Positions 19,928 through 30,556 of a stretch of 64,000 nucleotides of DNA are shown piece after piece (position 1 is the first letter of the stretch; each line of letters starts with the position of its first letter). The stretch comes from Chloroflexota bacterium (GTDB lineage Bacteria; Chloroflexota; UBA11872; UBA12225): the NCBI GenBank assembly GCA_030447525.1, contig JAUJOR010000013.1:39981-103980 (forward strand), read 5' to 3'. The position numbers were made by a program, and so were the translations under genes. The notes beneath the pieces are model-generated. The model was not told the origin of the DNA, did no database searches, and saw only the letters and a program-made list of their open reading frames with translations.

Positions 19928-21364
19928 TCAAAAGGACATCCCCAGCTCCTGGAACTTGGCGTTGGTCTGCTGGGCGTAGCCGTCCAATGCCGACTTGGGC
20001 GTGTTCTTGCCGGCTAGGGCGTCGTTCGTGGCGCCGGCCAGGGCGTCCCATACCTCCAGGCCGGCAGGCATCACCGGCCGGTGGCGAGAGCTCTGTAGCG
20101 CGTCCTGGCTGAAGCGGCGCAGCGCCTGGCCCCGCTCCGGCATCTGCCCCTTCGCCACGTCGAGGATGGCCTCGCCCCCGCGGCGATTGGTGGACACCGG
20201 GGGATACCAGTAGCCAACGCCGCTACTCCTGGAGCGAAAGTCGTTCAGCCCGCCTTCGGCCCACGCCCTCATCCCCTCTACCGAGGTCACGAAGGTAATG
20301 AACTCTACCGCCTCCGGCGGGCGCTTGGAGTCCTTCATCACCACCATGTTCCAGATACCCGACCAGGTCAGCGGTTGCTTCCCCTTGGGCGCTGGGGGCA
20401 GCGAGAAGCCGTACTCCAGATCCGGCGCGTAGGCGCCAAAGGTGCCCCCAAAGTTATCCGTGGCGATCATCAGGCCCACTTTCCCGGTCAGCAGGGCGTG
20501 CTGCGCCTGCGGGCCGCTGGCCTCCTTGAGCCAGGCGTCCATGGTGTCCTTGCCTCCGACCACGCGGTAGAGGTCGGTGATGTACTCCAAGGCCTGCACC
20601 CAGGCGGCGTCGTTGATCGTGCAGCGCACCTTCTTGCCGTCCGGGCTGAACTGCACCGATTCGCCCCCGTTGAGCCAGCCAAAGAGGTACAGCCAGGAAT
20701 TGCCAAACAGGGGCACAAACCCCACGCGGTCGAAGCTGGGCCCCTGCCGCCGCGTAAGGCGCAGGGTGAGCTCCTTGAGCTGGTCCCAATCGGCCGGACC
20801 CTTGGCCGGATCCAGACCTTCCTGCTTGAACACCTCGGCGTTCCAGAACAGGGGACGCGTGTCGGTCACGAAGGGGATGGCGTAGAACCTGCCGGCCCAC
20901 TTTCCGGAGTCAAGCAGGCGGGGGATGAAATCCTCCTTCTTGAAGAACTGCGAGCGCTTCAGGAAGTCGTCCAGGGCCAGCACCCCGCCTTTGGAGGCCC
21001 AGTTGCCCAGACCAACGTCGGCGAACCGGGTAACGTCCGGACCGCTGCCGGCGAGCACGGCAGCGGCCAGTCCCTCCGGCTTGAGGTGGTCCGCTTCCTT
21101 CTCGTACTGGATGGTGACGTTGGGGAAGCGCTGCATGAAGGCGTCCTTGATGGCGATGAAGCCGGCGTCCAGGCCACTCCCGGCCCACCAGGTGAGCGTG
21201 ACCGGCTCCTTCGTCTTGATCGCGGTCTCACCCGTCTCCGGGCCCCCCGGCCTCCCGGTCCCCGGCACACAGGCGGCCGCGACCGCCCCGCTCATACCGA
21301 CGCCGGCAGACAGTAGCCCTCGCCGCACCGTCCTGGCCCCCGACCACGCCAATCCATGATCCAT
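19928..21364 (-). CDS. ABC-transporter substrate-binding lipoprotein
   Basis: MDHGLAWSGARTVRRGLLSAGVGMSGAVAAAC (Tat-like plus lipobox). 478 aa with an SBP body. ATG at 21364. Confidence 0.85.
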   Translation of the reverse strand: MDHGLAWSGARTVRRGLLSAGVGMSGAVAAACVPGTGRPGGPETGETAIKTKEPVTLTWWAGSGLDAGFIAIKDAFMQRFPNVTIQYEKEADHLKPEGLAAAVLAGSGPDVTRFADVGLGNWASKGGVLALDDFLKRSQFFKKEDFIPRLLDSGKWAGRFYAIPFVTDTRPLFWNAEVFKQEGLDPAKGPADWDQLKELTLRLTRRQGPSFDRVGFVPLFGNSWLYLFGWLNGGESVQFSPDGKKVRCTINDAAWVQALEYITDLYRVVGGKDTMDAWLKEASGPQAQHALLTGKVGLMIATDNFGGTFGAYAPDLEYGFSLPPAPKGKQPLTWSGIWNMVVMKDSKRPPEAVEFITFVTSVEGMRAWAEGGLNDFRSRSSGVGYWYPPVSTNRRGGEAILDVAKGQMPERGQALRRFSQDALQSSRHRPVMPAGLEVWDALAGATNDALAGKNTPKSALDGYAQQTNAKFQELGMSF

Positions 21365-21721
21365 TGCTGTCCCCCCGTTCCCTGCTCGGCACGCGGTGCC
21401 GTTGGGATGGCCTGCTGCCGGCGCTGCGCTCCGCTTCTCAATGATCGTCAAGCCCATTGCCACACCCAGGGCAGGAGGGGCCGGCGAGCCAACCCATTGC
21501 CCGCCGCCCAGTGTGCCGCCGCCCCTGCCCGGTAGCAAGCCGGCAGCGGCGCCTGGCTCCCAACGGGAGCGAGACGACATCTGCCCGCCCCTCTCCACGT
21601 CGGGAGCCGGGCAATCATCGTCAGCGGCCCCTCGCCCGCCCTGCGCTTCCCCTCTCGCCGCCGGGGCGCTCACCACCTCGGCGACGGTTCTTGCGACCGC
21701 AGGGACGGAGCCATGCACCCC

Positions 21722-21994
21722 CTAGGGACGCGGACCTGCCTCACCGCCTCCCCTCCCTGCCGCACGCCCCCGGCGGGGCGCCCGCTCCAGGTCGGCGACC
21801 CGCCCCTCCAGGTCCTCACAGCGTCGTCCCAGGTCGGCGACCCGCCCCTCCAGGTCCTCACAGCGTCGTCCCAGGTCGGCGAGGAGGTGGTTGACCTGAC
21901 GGACCCAGTCGGCGCTGACCCACTCCTGGGCGCTGTCCATTGCCCCCGGCTTCTCGAACCCGCCCTCGCCGCTCTCCGTGCCTTCCTCGTTCAT
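21722..21994 (-). CDS. Hypothetical small coiled-coil protein containing a duplicated 14-aa unit
   Basis: 90-codon ORF from MNEEGTES..., with ADLGRRCEDLEGRV repeated. No family recognised. Confidence 0.35.
   Translation of the reverse strand: MNEEGTESGEGGFEKPGAMDSAQEWVSADWVRQVNHLLADLGRRCEDLEGRVADLGRRCEDLEGRVADLERAPRRGRAAGRGGGEAGPRP
21789..21872. repeat. Perfect 42-bp tandem duplication (2 copies plus a 10-nt partial third)
   Basis: AGGTCGGCGACCCGCCCCTCCAGGTCCTCACAGCGTCGTCCC at 21789-21830 and again at 21831-21872, followed by AGGTCGGCGA. Confidence 0.95.
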
Positions 21995-22316
21995 CGCAGG
22001 ATCACCTCCGGCTGCGTATCGTCCTTTCAACGCCCCAGCCTGGGCGCGGAGACTACGGTGCTGGCTGCGCTGGGGACCCCTGCAGCCGGCCCGGGGATGG
22101 CACAGGCCATGCCGTCGATCATGCCGGCGCACATGGCGCCCGCGCCGTTGGGGTCGTCCCGCTGCGCCCGGGCGAACCGGGCGATGTGTCCCCGCCTGGG
22201 CAGCTCACCATCGCCAACGGGTCGTTTGCGCGCTTCCGCCGACGCTCCCGCGCCGACTGCGCCTTGCCGGTCAGGGGCCGGAGGGTGGCAATCAGTGGTC
22301 GAATCTGGCCCGCCGG

Positions 22317-22562
22317 CTAGCCCCGATCGCAGCTAGGCCCCTCTTGCGGCTTACCGGCCGGGGGCGGGAGGATGCCCCGGTCTCGCGCGTAGAGCGCCAG
22401 CTGCGTCCGGCGCCGCAGGCCCAGCTTGCGCAGGATCTGGCTGACGTGCCACTTGGCGGTGGTGGGACTGACGTGGAGGGCGGCCGGAATCACCGGATTC
22501 GTCCGACCGCCGGCGACCAGGGCGGTGACTTCCCGTTCTCGGGCCGTGAGCTGAGCCGTCAT
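22317..22562 (-). CDS. Stand-alone LuxR/GerE-type HTH transcriptional regulator
   Basis: MTAQLTAREREVTALVAGGRTNPVI.AALHVSPTTAKWHVSQILRKLGLRRRTQLALYA is a complete GerE HTH domain with no receiver or ligand domain. Confidence 0.75.
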   Translation of the reverse strand: MTAQLTAREREVTALVAGGRTNPVIPAALHVSPTTAKWHVSQILRKLGLRRRTQLALYARDRGILPPPAGKPQEGPSCDRG

Positions 22563-22652
22563 CCGCCCTCCGGCTCCCGGCAACGTCTCCCTCCCATCCC
22601 CACCGACCCTGCCCCCCACCACGCCAGAGGACGGCACAGCACCGCCTTGGAC

Positions 22653-22698
22653 TTACCTGAATTAGGTACACCTAATCTGGATAGTTAGGTTACCTTAA
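22653..22698. promoter_or_regulatory. AT-rich cluster of AGGT/ACCT half-sites (candidate operator array)
   Basis: ATTAGGT-AC-ACCTAAT (22661-22676) is a 7+7 inverted repeat. AGGT-T-ACCT lies at 22687-22695, and TTACCT at 22653-22658. The cluster is 90-135 nt upstream of the LuxR-type gene. Confidence 0.35.
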
Positions 22699-23060
22699 GC
22701 TGACGGGGCGTGCAACGTAGGGGCGTCCCCCAGCCGGCTTGATGTGCCGGGGCGATCGGGCCGTGCTGCCAGCCGGGCGCGCACGCGGAGATGTTCAGTG
22801 ACGGCGATCAACTCGGCCAGCGAGGTTGACCTGACCGGCCAGGTCTGAGCCGACTCCACCGGCCGGCGCGTCTACAGCCCGGCCACCCCCCGAAAACGGC
22901 CAGGGGGGCACAGCGGCGCATCGCGCCCCCGCGCCCCCCGAGAGCCCGCCACCAGCCCCGGCATTGTCGCTCCCGTTGCTCCGAGATCTGACGCCGCCGT
23001 CTATCGCCCGCCGCCGTCAGTCACCGGCGACGACGGGCGTCACGCCGGGTCCGGCGACGG

Positions 23061-25718
<2,658 letters not shown>

Positions 25719-25859
25719 CGTTCACAACTCCCATTACGATGTGAGGGGCACCCTGACAGCTGTTCAACACCAGTCTGCACGGCACCAATAACTGATGATC
25801 GTTAGCGTTATCACTGAATTGCTTTACTGTGAAGAATCCCGCTGACCATGATGATGATC

Positions 25860-26242
25860 AACGAGACGGGGAGCACAAACGTCTCGTTCTTGCTCCCGTC
25901 CTTAGCGCCCGGCGCCCTTGAGGCTGTGCACATCGAACGCCGTCCGTGGAGCGCCACGAGGGAGCCTTCCTGCTACGTTGATTCTTGGGTGTGCTAGAGC
26001 CCCATGATCGTCCGATCGTTGGCCGGTTCACTCCCCACGGCGCGGGCCGGGTCGGACACCGGCCACCCCCAGGGCAGCTGCCCTGGGCAGCCTCGCTCAC
26101 CTGGATTGATTGATGGTGCGCGCGGGCGGATCGACTGAAGGGCACCTCGCCTTACGCCATCCGCCCGCGCGCTCCCCAGGGTGCCAATAGAACCAGCGCC
26201 AGGGAGGCCGCCGTTGGGCGGACAAGCCGGCTTGTCCGGGGG
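25860..26242 (-). ncRNA. Candidate structured 5' leader of clpB or independent structured RNA (unclassified)
   Basis: Lies downstream of the promoter at 26249-26277. No credible ORF. There are multiple perfect 6-14-bp helices (coordinates in the findings). No known RNA family motif recognised. Confidence 0.3.
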
Positions 26243-26248
26243 CCCAAA

Positions 26249-26277
26249 ATATTACCATCATGCACTTGTAGTGTCAA
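26249..26277 (-). promoter_or_regulatory. Near-consensus sigma-70-type promoter TTGACA-17-TAATAT directed toward clpB
   Basis: Plus strand tgtcaa at 26272-26277 and atatta at 26249-26254, with an exact 17-nt spacer. It sits in a local AT-rich patch. Confidence 0.45.
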
Positions 26278-26861
26278 ACCTGGCTGTTGGTTCTACGGTT
26301 CATCCTACACTTACCGAGCGCTGCCTTGGCTCCTCAAGGATGCTATGTCTTGGGGCCCCCATGGCCGGTGTCGTCATCCAGGCACCGGCCGGTAGCTGGA
26401 ACCTCGGCGCCGCGGAGTGGGTGCCCCGAAACTCTCTCCCCATGAGGCGTGGCGCCAAACCTTCGCCTGGCCCGGCGGAGAGCAAAGGTAGTCTTCTCGT
26501 AGCGCTCTCTAGCTCCCTTCTTGTCTCGTTCCCAGGCGCGCTCTCGGGATTGCAAGACCTGGACCGCTGCGTCCCCCTCAGACGAATAGCCGGCGATTGG
26601 TGCAGTGGCGAGCAGGACCGACCCTGCGTTTGACCGGGCACGTCAGAAGGGTCACGCCGCCGAGCGCCATCTCGGCCTGCCGCCGCAGCTCCGGCCCAGG
26701 TGGCGCGTGACCCGCCCGGCCGGGGGACGGCGGGTGTGTACGCTGCGGGACAGACGGGGCCCCAGCAAGCGGGTATATGTGATGCTGGTTCGGGGTGTGA
26801 TGCAGTGGGAGCGGGGCGGCAGCAGGGGCAGCTGGACACCCCATGCGGGCCAGGGAATGAC

Positions 26862-27626
26862 ATGAAAACGGCGAGCGCGAGCGGGGCGTGTGTGCTGGTG
26901 GTGGAGGACGACTCCACCATCCGCGACCTGGTGACGCAGGCCCTGGGGGACGAGGGCTATCAGGCCCTCGGCGCGCCCGACGGGGCGGCGGCCCTGGCCC
27001 TGCTGGGACGCCCGGGGGCGCCGCCGCCCGGGGCGATCTTGCTAGACCTCAAAATGCCCGGTATGGACGGCCACGAGTTCGCCGCCCGCTACCGCCGGCT
27101 GCCGGGGCCTCCAGCGCCCCTGATCGTCTTCACCGCGGCCGGTGGCCTGCAGGCGGCCATGTCCGCCGAACAGCTGGGGGCCAGCGGCTTCGTCACCAAG
27201 CCCTTCGAGCTGGATACCCTGCTGGCGGTCGTCGCCCGCACCGCGGGGCCGGCGGCCACGGCAGCGCGTCCCAACGGCAGCCTCCCCGTACTATCGGGCT
27301 GGGTCAAGGACGATCGCCGGCGCCACCTCCAACAGCTCCGCGCCGAGGTGAGCCGGGTGCAGGCGGCGCTACAGCGGGTGCAGGCCGAGACCCGGCGCCT
27401 GGCGGCCGTGGAAGCCACCCGGCGTCTGACGGCCGCGGAGACGAAGCAGGTGGCCACGGTGCGCCGGGAGAGCGAGGCCCTGCGCCTGGAGCTGGCACGG
27501 TTCCACGACCAGTTCCAGCGGCTCCGGGAGACGGGCACGGCCGGGCGGGCTCAGCCGGGCACCACGCCCTCTGCCGGCCCCAGCGGCCCCAGCGGGGGAT
27601 CGGCCTCCCCGGGGATGATCCTGTAA
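26862..27626 (+). CDS. Response-regulator receiver domain protein with C-terminal coiled coil (no DNA-binding domain)
   Basis: VLVVEDDSTIRDLV, ILLDLKMPGMDG (phospho-acceptor Asp), FVTKPF. The C-terminal ~110 aa are heptad-like (LQQLRAEVSRVQAALQRVQAE...). ATG at 26862 preceded by AGGGAA. Confidence 0.8.
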   Translation: MKTASASGACVLVVEDDSTIRDLVTQALGDEGYQALGAPDGAAALALLGRPGAPPPGAILLDLKMPGMDGHEFAARYRRLPGPPAPLIVFTAAGGLQAAMSAEQLGASGFVTKPFELDTLLAVVARTAGPAATAARPNGSLPVLSGWVKDDRRRHLQQLRAEVSRVQAALQRVQAETRRLAAVEATRRLTAAETKQVATVRRESEALRLELARFHDQFQRLRETGTAGRAQPGTTPSAGPSGPSGGSASPGMIL

Positions 27627-27703
27627 CACTCACAGTCCGCCCCCAGCAGACCGGCGCGGTGGAGGACGGTCACTTCCCCCGGACGGACACGGCGCGGTAT
27701 GGT

Positions 27704-28879
27704 TTAGGAAAGCGCCAGCTCAATCGCTTCGTCGGCCATGGCGGCGAAGACGGTGGCTGCGATCCCCCAGGAGTCGAGCGCGCTGGCCATCGTGTGTCCG
27801 CCCTCGGCGAGGGCCTCACGCCGCCGGACATCCTGCGCCGCGGTCAGGGCCCAGTGCAGTCGCGTCGCCCCGGCCAGGGCCATCGTGGCGGTGAACCCCA
27901 GGCGCGCGTCGCCGGCCTGGCCCCGCCAATCAGAGGCGCGCAGCCCGTCGACATAGGCGGTGTAGAGGGTCTCGACGACGGCGGCCGAGGGGTACCCCCT
28001 GGGGCCCAGGAGCATGCCCAGGGCCAGGTCGGTCAGGTCGGCTCCGACGTTGCCGGTACTCAGCGCCGCCCAATCGAAGGCCACGGTCACCTCGTTCCCG
28101 TCCGGCCCCAGGCGGGCGCTCAGGTTCTGGCGGTGGGCGTCGCCATGGCGGAGCGTCTGCGGCGTGCGATCCAGCGCGTCCAGCAGCGCGGCCCGCCGGT
28201 CCCACAGCCGGCGCAACCTGGCCGGGAGGTCATTCGGGAATCGCCCGGCGATGAGGGGGTGCCGCCAGGTGGCGTCGTCCCAGAACAAGGCCAGGTTGTG
28301 CTCTTGCTCGGCCAGGGCAATGCGGCGCCGAAAAAAGTCTTGCCCCAGCCAAGGCGCCTCGGGCAGGGGTCGCCGCTCGGGATAGGCCCCGCCGAGCTCC
28401 CCCAGGTGCCGCGCGGCCAGGACGTAGCGCGACTCCGGCCAGACCGGTCCGGCCTCGTCCGGCACGTCCTCCAGCCACAGCCACACCTCCTCGGGGGTTG
28501 CTTCTTCCGCCAGGACACAGCGCGGCGCCGCCAGGCCGCCGGGGAGGTCGACAAGCAGGCCGCTCTCGTACGCCAGGGGCTCGCGCCGCCAGTAGGCCCA
28601 GTGGCGTGGGTCTCGCGCCGCGCCCGCGTAGCGCGTCTCGGAGGGCGGGCGCACCACCTTGACCACCAATGACCAGGGCGCCTCGCCCCCGCCGCCCAGC
28701 CGGGCAACGCCGTGGAGGCGCATCAGGGCGCCCGTGGCGACCCCCAGGGTCACCCCCAGGCCCTCGCCCCACCACACCGGCACGATGGCGACGGATCGCC
28801 CCAGCGCCCGCTCTGCCGCCTGCGCCACACGGGGCGTGTCCAGCGCCTGCAGATAATCGGGGGCCCTTGCCTCGCCCAC
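27704..28879 (-). CDS. Phosphotransferase-family (APH / choline-kinase-like) protein
   Basis: 391 aa. Catalytic-loop motif LRHGDAHRQNL, followed by AFDWAA (metal-binding Asp). Confidence 0.75.
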   Translation of the reverse strand: MGEARAPDYLQALDTPRVAQAAERALGRSVAIVPVWWGEGLGVTLGVATGALMRLHGVARLGGGGEAPWSLVVKVVRPPSETRYAGAARDPRHWAYWRREPLAYESGLLVDLPGGLAAPRCVLAEEATPEEVWLWLEDVPDEAGPVWPESRYVLAARHLGELGGAYPERRPLPEAPWLGQDFFRRRIALAEQEHNLALFWDDATWRHPLIAGRFPNDLPARLRRLWDRRAALLDALDRTPQTLRHGDAHRQNLSARLGPDGNEVTVAFDWAALSTGNVGADLTDLALGMLLGPRGYPSAAVVETLYTAYVDGLRASDWRGQAGDARLGFTATMALAGATRLHWALTAAQDVRRREALAEGGHTMASALDSWGIAATVFAAMADEAIELALS

Positions 28880-29245
28880 GTCTCACTCCGCCACCGGATT
28901 ATGCGGCCGCTCACCCCCCTGTTTCAGCCTACGTGACCCCCTCCCGCAAGCACCACCGCCGGCCTGATCAGCCGCCCGACGACATCCCCACAGGCGCCGC
29001 CAGGCCCGTCCCGGGTATCCTCACTCTGGGCCAGGGGAGCGGGTGCGGACGATCGCCGGGTCTCCCGCGACCGGCGGTCGTCCGGGTATGCTGACTCGGG
29101 CAGGGGAGAGCTGACACATGGTAGGGCAAAGCCATGTCTGCTCCCGCCGGCGCTGGCGTTGAGGGCGCCCGACTTGCTGCCGGCCATCACGCCATGAACG
29201 GCAATCCCCTTTGCCAAAGACCCACTGCAGACGCACGCTGAGGAG

Positions 29246-30499
29246 ATGAGCATGAGCACTGCCCCCGAAACCGCCAGTCCTGTGGTAGACGACGACACCT
29301 TCCGCGAGGTCATGGCATACGTGCAGCCCCGCCCCGAAGAGATGAGCTGGGCCTCCATCGCCTGGCAGACCGACCTCTGGGAAGCGCGGCGCCTGGCGGC
29401 GGAGCAGGGAAGGCCCATCTTCCTCTGGGCCATGAATGGGAATCCCCTGGGATGCGTTTGAAATAACGGAGTGGCGAGCCGTGCGCTCGCCTTCGCCGAC
29501 CCAGAGGTGATCCGCCTGGCCTCGGAGGCGTTCGTCCCGCTGGCGGAGAACTGCTCCCCGCTCCAGACCCAGCGCGACGCCAAGGGGGAGTTCTTCCGCC
29601 TGGTGGCGGAGCAGGGGCATTACGCCGGGCGCGCCGCGCCCAGCGCGACGCGGCAGGGACAGTATGCCTTTACGGCAGACGGGCGGCTCCTCGCCTCCAT
29701 CAACACGCGCGAGGCGGAGCCGATGGTGGGCATGCTCAGCCGGGCGCTGGCTCGGTGGCAGGATCTGACCGGCGCCGGCGCCGCGGGCGAGTCCTCGGAC
29801 AGCGGACCGGGGGACTACGAGCGCGATCCGCGCCACCCCTCGTTCTACCCCCAGGGTGGCCTGGTCTTGAAGCAGACGCTGCGTGACCTGCCCCGCCCGG
29901 AGGGGCACCCCAGCCCCCAGACAAGGCCACAGGCGATCAACTTCGACTACGCCTGGTTCCGCGCCGACGAGGTGCAGGGATTCCTGCCCCAGCCCCTGGA
30001 AGTGGGACAGAAGCGGGAGCTACCGCCGGGGATCGTGCGCCGGCTGGCGCGCTTCCACCTCCTGGACAGCGTGCGGGGCGAGACGCCCCCCTGGCGCGAT
30101 GAGGACGTCAAGTCGGCGCAGATGGGCGCGGAGATCGCCGGCATCGACGGCTCGCGCGTGCACCTGCGACTGGACGGGGCCGTACGCTGCAGCCAGAGCG
30201 GGACGTGGGCCATTCGCCCCTTCCAGGACCGGAAGGAGGGGATGACGCGCGGGTATGACTGCCGGCTCCTCGGCCAGCTGACCTACAACACCGAGAGCGG
30301 CGCATTCGAGCGCTTCGACCTGGTGGCCATCGGGGAGCGCTGGGGCGGAACCGAGCACAACGCCCGCTTCGACGATCTCTCGCCGGCCCCCATGGCCGTC
30401 GTCTTCCAGAAGGCAGGGGACACGCCGGCCGACCGGACGCCCCCACACGCCAACCTCTGGGAGTACTTCGACATTCCTCCCCAGGAGCGCCCCAAGTAA
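29246..30499 (+). CDS. Thioredoxin-fold-like N-terminal domain protein of unknown function with one in-frame TGA (selenoprotein candidate or recent nonsense pseudogene)
   Basis: ORFs 29246..29461 and 29471..30499 share a frame and are separated only by TGA at 29459-29461 (...GRPIFLWAMNGNPLGCV*NNGVASRALAFADPEV...). Both parts have coding-like composition. No signal peptide. Confidence 0.6.
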
Positions 30500-30556
30500 G
30501 CCCCCGGGCATGACCCCTCACAGCCCCTCCCGGTTCCTATCAACCGAACCAGGAGG

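Noticed and set aside
21789-21872. Tandem and direct repeats (42-bp x2, 30-bp x2 at 47466-47564, 29-bp x2 at 35492-35592, 12-bp x2 at 57728-57751) as a possible CRISPR array.
   Set aside because: Each occurs only twice, either without unique spacers of regular length or directly abutting. One is inside an ORF. No cas genes are in the window.
22795-22880. TGA at the position after GQV in a CoA-transferase-like motif (AINSASEVDLTGQV*ADS), as a further Sec or Cys recoding candidate.
   Set aside because: Only ~25 codons of homology remain, with no reading frame on either side, so it is a gene relic. The residue after GQV is variable in that family as far as I recall.
25860-26700. A known housekeeping RNA (RNase P, SRP/4.5S, 6S) or known heat-shock operators (CIRCE TTAGCACTC-N9-GAGTGCTAA, HAIR CTTGAGT-N7-ACTCAAG) in the clpB upstream gap.
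   Set aside because: I could not find GAGGAAAGUCCGGGC or ACAGAACCCGGCUUA-type RNase P motifs, the SRP domain IV GGAA/AGCA motif, or either operator consensus on either strand. This was by eye only; cmscan is still needed.
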